From assembly GCF_000315625.1 (NCBI RefSeq), contig NW_005434664.1:855662-919661 (forward strand): DNA of 64,000 nucleotides. Direction: 5' to 3'. The position numbers and the translations under genes were made by a program. The notes under the pieces were generated by a model. That model saw only the letters and a program-made list of their open reading frames with translations. It searched no databases and was not told the DNA's origin. Of the stretch, positions 60,353 to 64,000 are shown one piece after another; the stretch's first letter is position 1, and each line of letters begins with the position of its first letter. This DNA is from Guillardia theta CCMP2712. Taxonomy: Eukaryota; Protista; Cryptophyta.

Positions 60353-63300
60353 ATGGCAGCTGTCGAAGCGGCGGCAAGGTGATTGCGCTCCGATTTTGAG
60401 GAAGATCATGGTGGAGAATGCGAGAGCACATGCTTGCAAAGATTAGATGAGCAGAGAGCCGTTGCTCAAGCCCGAAGATAGAGCCAACAGGGTGCAGAAG
60501 CAGACATAGAAGCAGTAGCTGACTGGTGGCAAGATTTGTCCGATGCCATTGCGCTTCACGAACATGAATCGCAAGCTCGAAACATGAAATAATGAGATGC
60601 TGGAGTGAGAGAGGAATGCAAGTAGAGTTAGATATCCTAGGTACGGTACAATGATATGAACTCCCGGCCTCGAGAAATACACATGTAAACTCATGAGATT
60701 TATCTTGTTGACGTATTTGAAACCCTGGATGATTCAATGATAGTCGACATTTCCATTCCTTTGACAGCAGTTCTTGTCAGGAGACGGAGGATCCTTTTCG
60801 CATCGGCGCTCGCCGTGGTCGATCTCTATGCCCTTATCTCTACTTCCACTGATTTTCAGCCCGCCGCAGGCATATGCAGCGTACAGGCGCAATGGGAAGA
60901 AGCGAAATGATCAAGCGTCAACCCCTGCCCCACAGGTCACAGATACAAGCTTGTAAAGGGATATGATCATGATGTTCTGATCAGGACGCATCCGCGGATA
61001 CGGTAGCCAAGCACAAGTCAGCTGGTGATAACAGGGATGGTACATTTATCAGCTTTTGACAAGCTTGAGCAAGGCATCGACCGAGATTTTCTCCGAAGAC
61101 TTGCTAAACTACTTCCCATCTTGATACCATCCCCTTTTTGCAAAGAATCGTTCTATCTGGTGATGACCCTCTCTTCATCACAAACCCCCTTTTTGTGAAT
61201 TCTGCATCTAATCAAATTGATCGACTTGAACGCAGTTTCTCGTTGCGGTCTTGATGGTAGTCAGAACCCTGTGCGATGTGTGGCAGATTCGAAATGGTGA
61301 GTCGTGAAAGTGTTTGTGAAAGCGTTGCCTGCTCTGCGGAGTCTACCCTGGGCAAGATCATCAATGGAAACTGAATCCCACCGCTCAGGCACTTCAATCG
61401 AAACAGCGATCATCTCTCGTGACAAGAAAGCTTTCCGGTGACGGGCATTGGTTTCATGCCTGCCTGCTGTTCTCATCGTCTTTGCAGCAAGTACATGTTG
61501 AGATTTGTGGGCGCAATGCTTCCAATCGCGTTTGTTAACAATCTACTGAAGTGAGGCAAAAGTTTGGATATCCATGTCGTGTGACGTGTTTGTGGCAAGA
61601 TATGGATTGAATGAGATTGCCCTGTCCTTCAGAACGCGGCTGACTCAGCACCTCTACAAGGTTGATGCTGATCTGATAGCTGAAACGTACCCTAAGGCTG
61701 AAGCGATGTTGTTCCAGGAGTACCTCTCTGGTTTCACTTACTACAAGTTGTCCAACCTCGATAACCGCATTGGAAACCCCGATCAATTACTCACACAGGA
61801 TGTGGATAAATTTGCAACCAGGTTGGACCCTTATTGTCTCTTTCCCAGTCCTCTCCCCTTCCTCTTTTCATGTCTTTCTCCGTTGCTTATTTGCCGTTTG
61901 CCAACTCACTTGCGTCCCAGCCTCGCAGATTTGTACTCAAACGTATCGAAGCCGATTCTTGACATGTGACGATGGTGGTTTGTCCGTTGCTCCTCTCCTC
62001 ACTCGTTCCCCAGTGCCATCTACGCAAAGAAACTCGCCGAGAACGTGGGAAGTTTGTGGGCCCCAGGCACGTTATCTTCCTTTCCTTGGACTCCTGCTTC
62101 CGATTGCGTTTCTTCCTTCTGCTCCTCTCCTTCATTTTTTCAGTTGCTCATGCTCGAGTAGGCGCCATGCTCGCATACCTCGCTGCCTCTGGAGTTGTCT
62201 TGACGCACATGCGCCGACCTCTCGGGCAGTACACGGTGAAGGAGCAGAGATACGAGGGACAGTTCCGCCACGTCACAACAAGGTTCCTCCCCTTCCTTCA
62301 CTCCCTTCCTCCTCCCCCCCTTCCTCAATCGGTTCCATGGCCATAGAGCCAGCACAGAAAGCGACCAACAGTGAGTTGGCAAACACAACCGATGGAAAGG
62401 CAGTGCTGCAAGTTGGTTTGTAGTGTGAGCAGTCCAACAGGATCAAAAACTCCTCGCTGTCTTCTCTTCTTGTCCTTTCCTTCTGCTCGTGCGTGTGATT
62501 CAACTTTTGTTCCTGATAGAACTCTTTTTCCTCGCAGGATAATCTCCAACTCTGAGGAGATTGCCTTCTACCGGGGGAATACGCGGGAGTCACATTGGGT
62601 CGCGAAGTCGTTTGGAAAGCTGGAGCATCACATCAGAAAAGTGAAAGATCCTCCTCCCCCTCCTCAACACTTGTTGTCTCTGTTCTTGTTGTTGTCCTCG
62701 CTTACTCTTCCTCCGTCTTTGTCATCCCCCCTCCCTCCCTCCCTCTGCTTGTGCCTCTCCTGCTCCCTCACCGTATCCTGACGTTTCTGTTCGGCCCTCA
62801 GGTCATGCAGTTCAGGTTCGGGGTGGGAATGATAGACACCATCATCGCCAAGTACATGGCGACAGTGGTCGGGTACCACATCGTCAGCCGCCCTCTTCTC
62901 AACATGAGCAACCCCAAGCACGTCAACAGCACGCAGAATGAGCTGCAGGAGGAGTACTATCGGAGCGGGAGGATGATGTTGCAGATGGCGCAGGTGTGCA
63001 TGTTGGTGTATGATGAGCTCGGAGTGAGAGAGGGAGAACTGAGATAGCTTCATACCTTTGATTGTTGAGATGCATTCCCCCCCCCCAACTTCTTGATGCT
63101 CTGTTCCCCCACGCCTTGCTGGCTGTGTAAGAGCAAGGTGGCTGAGCGGTTGGCAGGCTGTCGGGCGGTTGGTGCTGGCGGGTAGAGAGTTGACAAGGCT
63201 TGCTGGTTTCACCGCACGAATCGACGAGCTTGAGAATGTCTTGAAGGAGCTTCAGGTCTTCAGCCTTCTCTACCCTCCTCCTCCTCCTCCTCCTCCTCCT

Positions 63301-64000
63301 CCTTGGCCTCTTCTTCCTTCATTCCTTCCACTCCCACTCCCACTTCCATGGTCCAGTGGATTTTCTCGTTCTCTCATTCCTTCTCGTCAATTCTCGTCGA
63401 TCATCCTTCGCTACCCCTCCTACCCTCCTCTTCCTCGTTACACATTGACACGGCACTAGGAGGACAAGTACCAACGCACACTCGTCCGCTCCTCCAGCAG
63501 GCGGAACTTGGACCCTCCCAGGCTCAGGGACGGCGAGCTGGACCAGCAGGACCTGCAACCAGGCAGAGGCATCAAGATCGAGCAAGACGGCATCATCCGC
63601 TTCGAGAACGTTCCCATCGTGACCCCCAACTCCGAGGTCCTGGTGGACAGCCTTTCCTTCGAGGTGAAGCAGGGGATGAATACTCTGATCTGCGGGCCCA
63701 ACGGCTGCGGCAAGAGCTCCTTGTTCCGCATCTTGGGGGACCTCTGGCCGGTCTTCGGGGGGAAGGTGATGAAGCCCAAGCCCGAGCGGATCTTCTACAT
63801 CCCTCAGAAGCCCTACCTGTGCCTGGGGACTCTGAGGGACCAGGTGATCTACCCGCACAGCAGGGAGCTCATGTGGAGCAGCGGCAAGAAGGACGACGAC
63901 CTCCTCGACCTCCTCGACCGCGTCAGCCTCGGGTACCTCGTGCACTCGCGCGAGTCGGGTTGGGAGAGCGTGGAGGACTGGGCGGACGTGCTGAGCGGAG
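60353..64000 (+). CDS. Peroxisomal ABC half-transporter, subfamily D (PMP70/ABCD3-like), 3' partial
   Basis: YYKLSNLDNRIGNPDQLLTQDV, LYSNVSKPILD, NSEEIAFYRG (EAA motif), LAGFTARI, Walker A GPNGCGKSSLFR, FYIPQKPY...TLRDQVIYP and DWADVLSG. Confidence 0.95.

Overview
Gene-dense, intron-rich eukaryotic nuclear DNA from an alga with a secondary red plastid. Three proteins carry signal peptide + Phe transit-peptide leaders. Short microsatellite-filled introns and base composition suggest a cryptophyte such as Guillardia theta (inference, not searched). Most genes are spliced and were reconstructed by hand, so many ORF-track entries are spurious. Recognisable genes: an MFS transporter 3' end, an M13 neprilysin/ECE peptidase, tRNA-Leu(UAG), a membrane-anchored alpha-carbonic anhydrase, an inverted pair of TM+ankyrin genes, a DTWD1-like enzyme, a long multi-domain ankyrin protein, an F-box+SPRY protein, a partial TruD/PUS7, a partial DHCR24-like FAD oxidoreductase, a plastid ankyrin protein, CDC20, a C2/NACHT/IQ/EF-hand protein, plastid atpC, CK2-beta (absent from the ORF track) and a partial peroxisomal ABCD transporter. 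The most striking unexplained structure is non-coding. Two recurring intergenic element classes sit mainly at gene 5' ends and divergent gene pairs: (1) GC/CpG-rich islands built from a shared motif vocabulary, and (2) ACCCC-rich to GGGGT-rich strand-skew-switch domains. Two assembly gaps (10800-11034, 39792-40623) limit interpretation.
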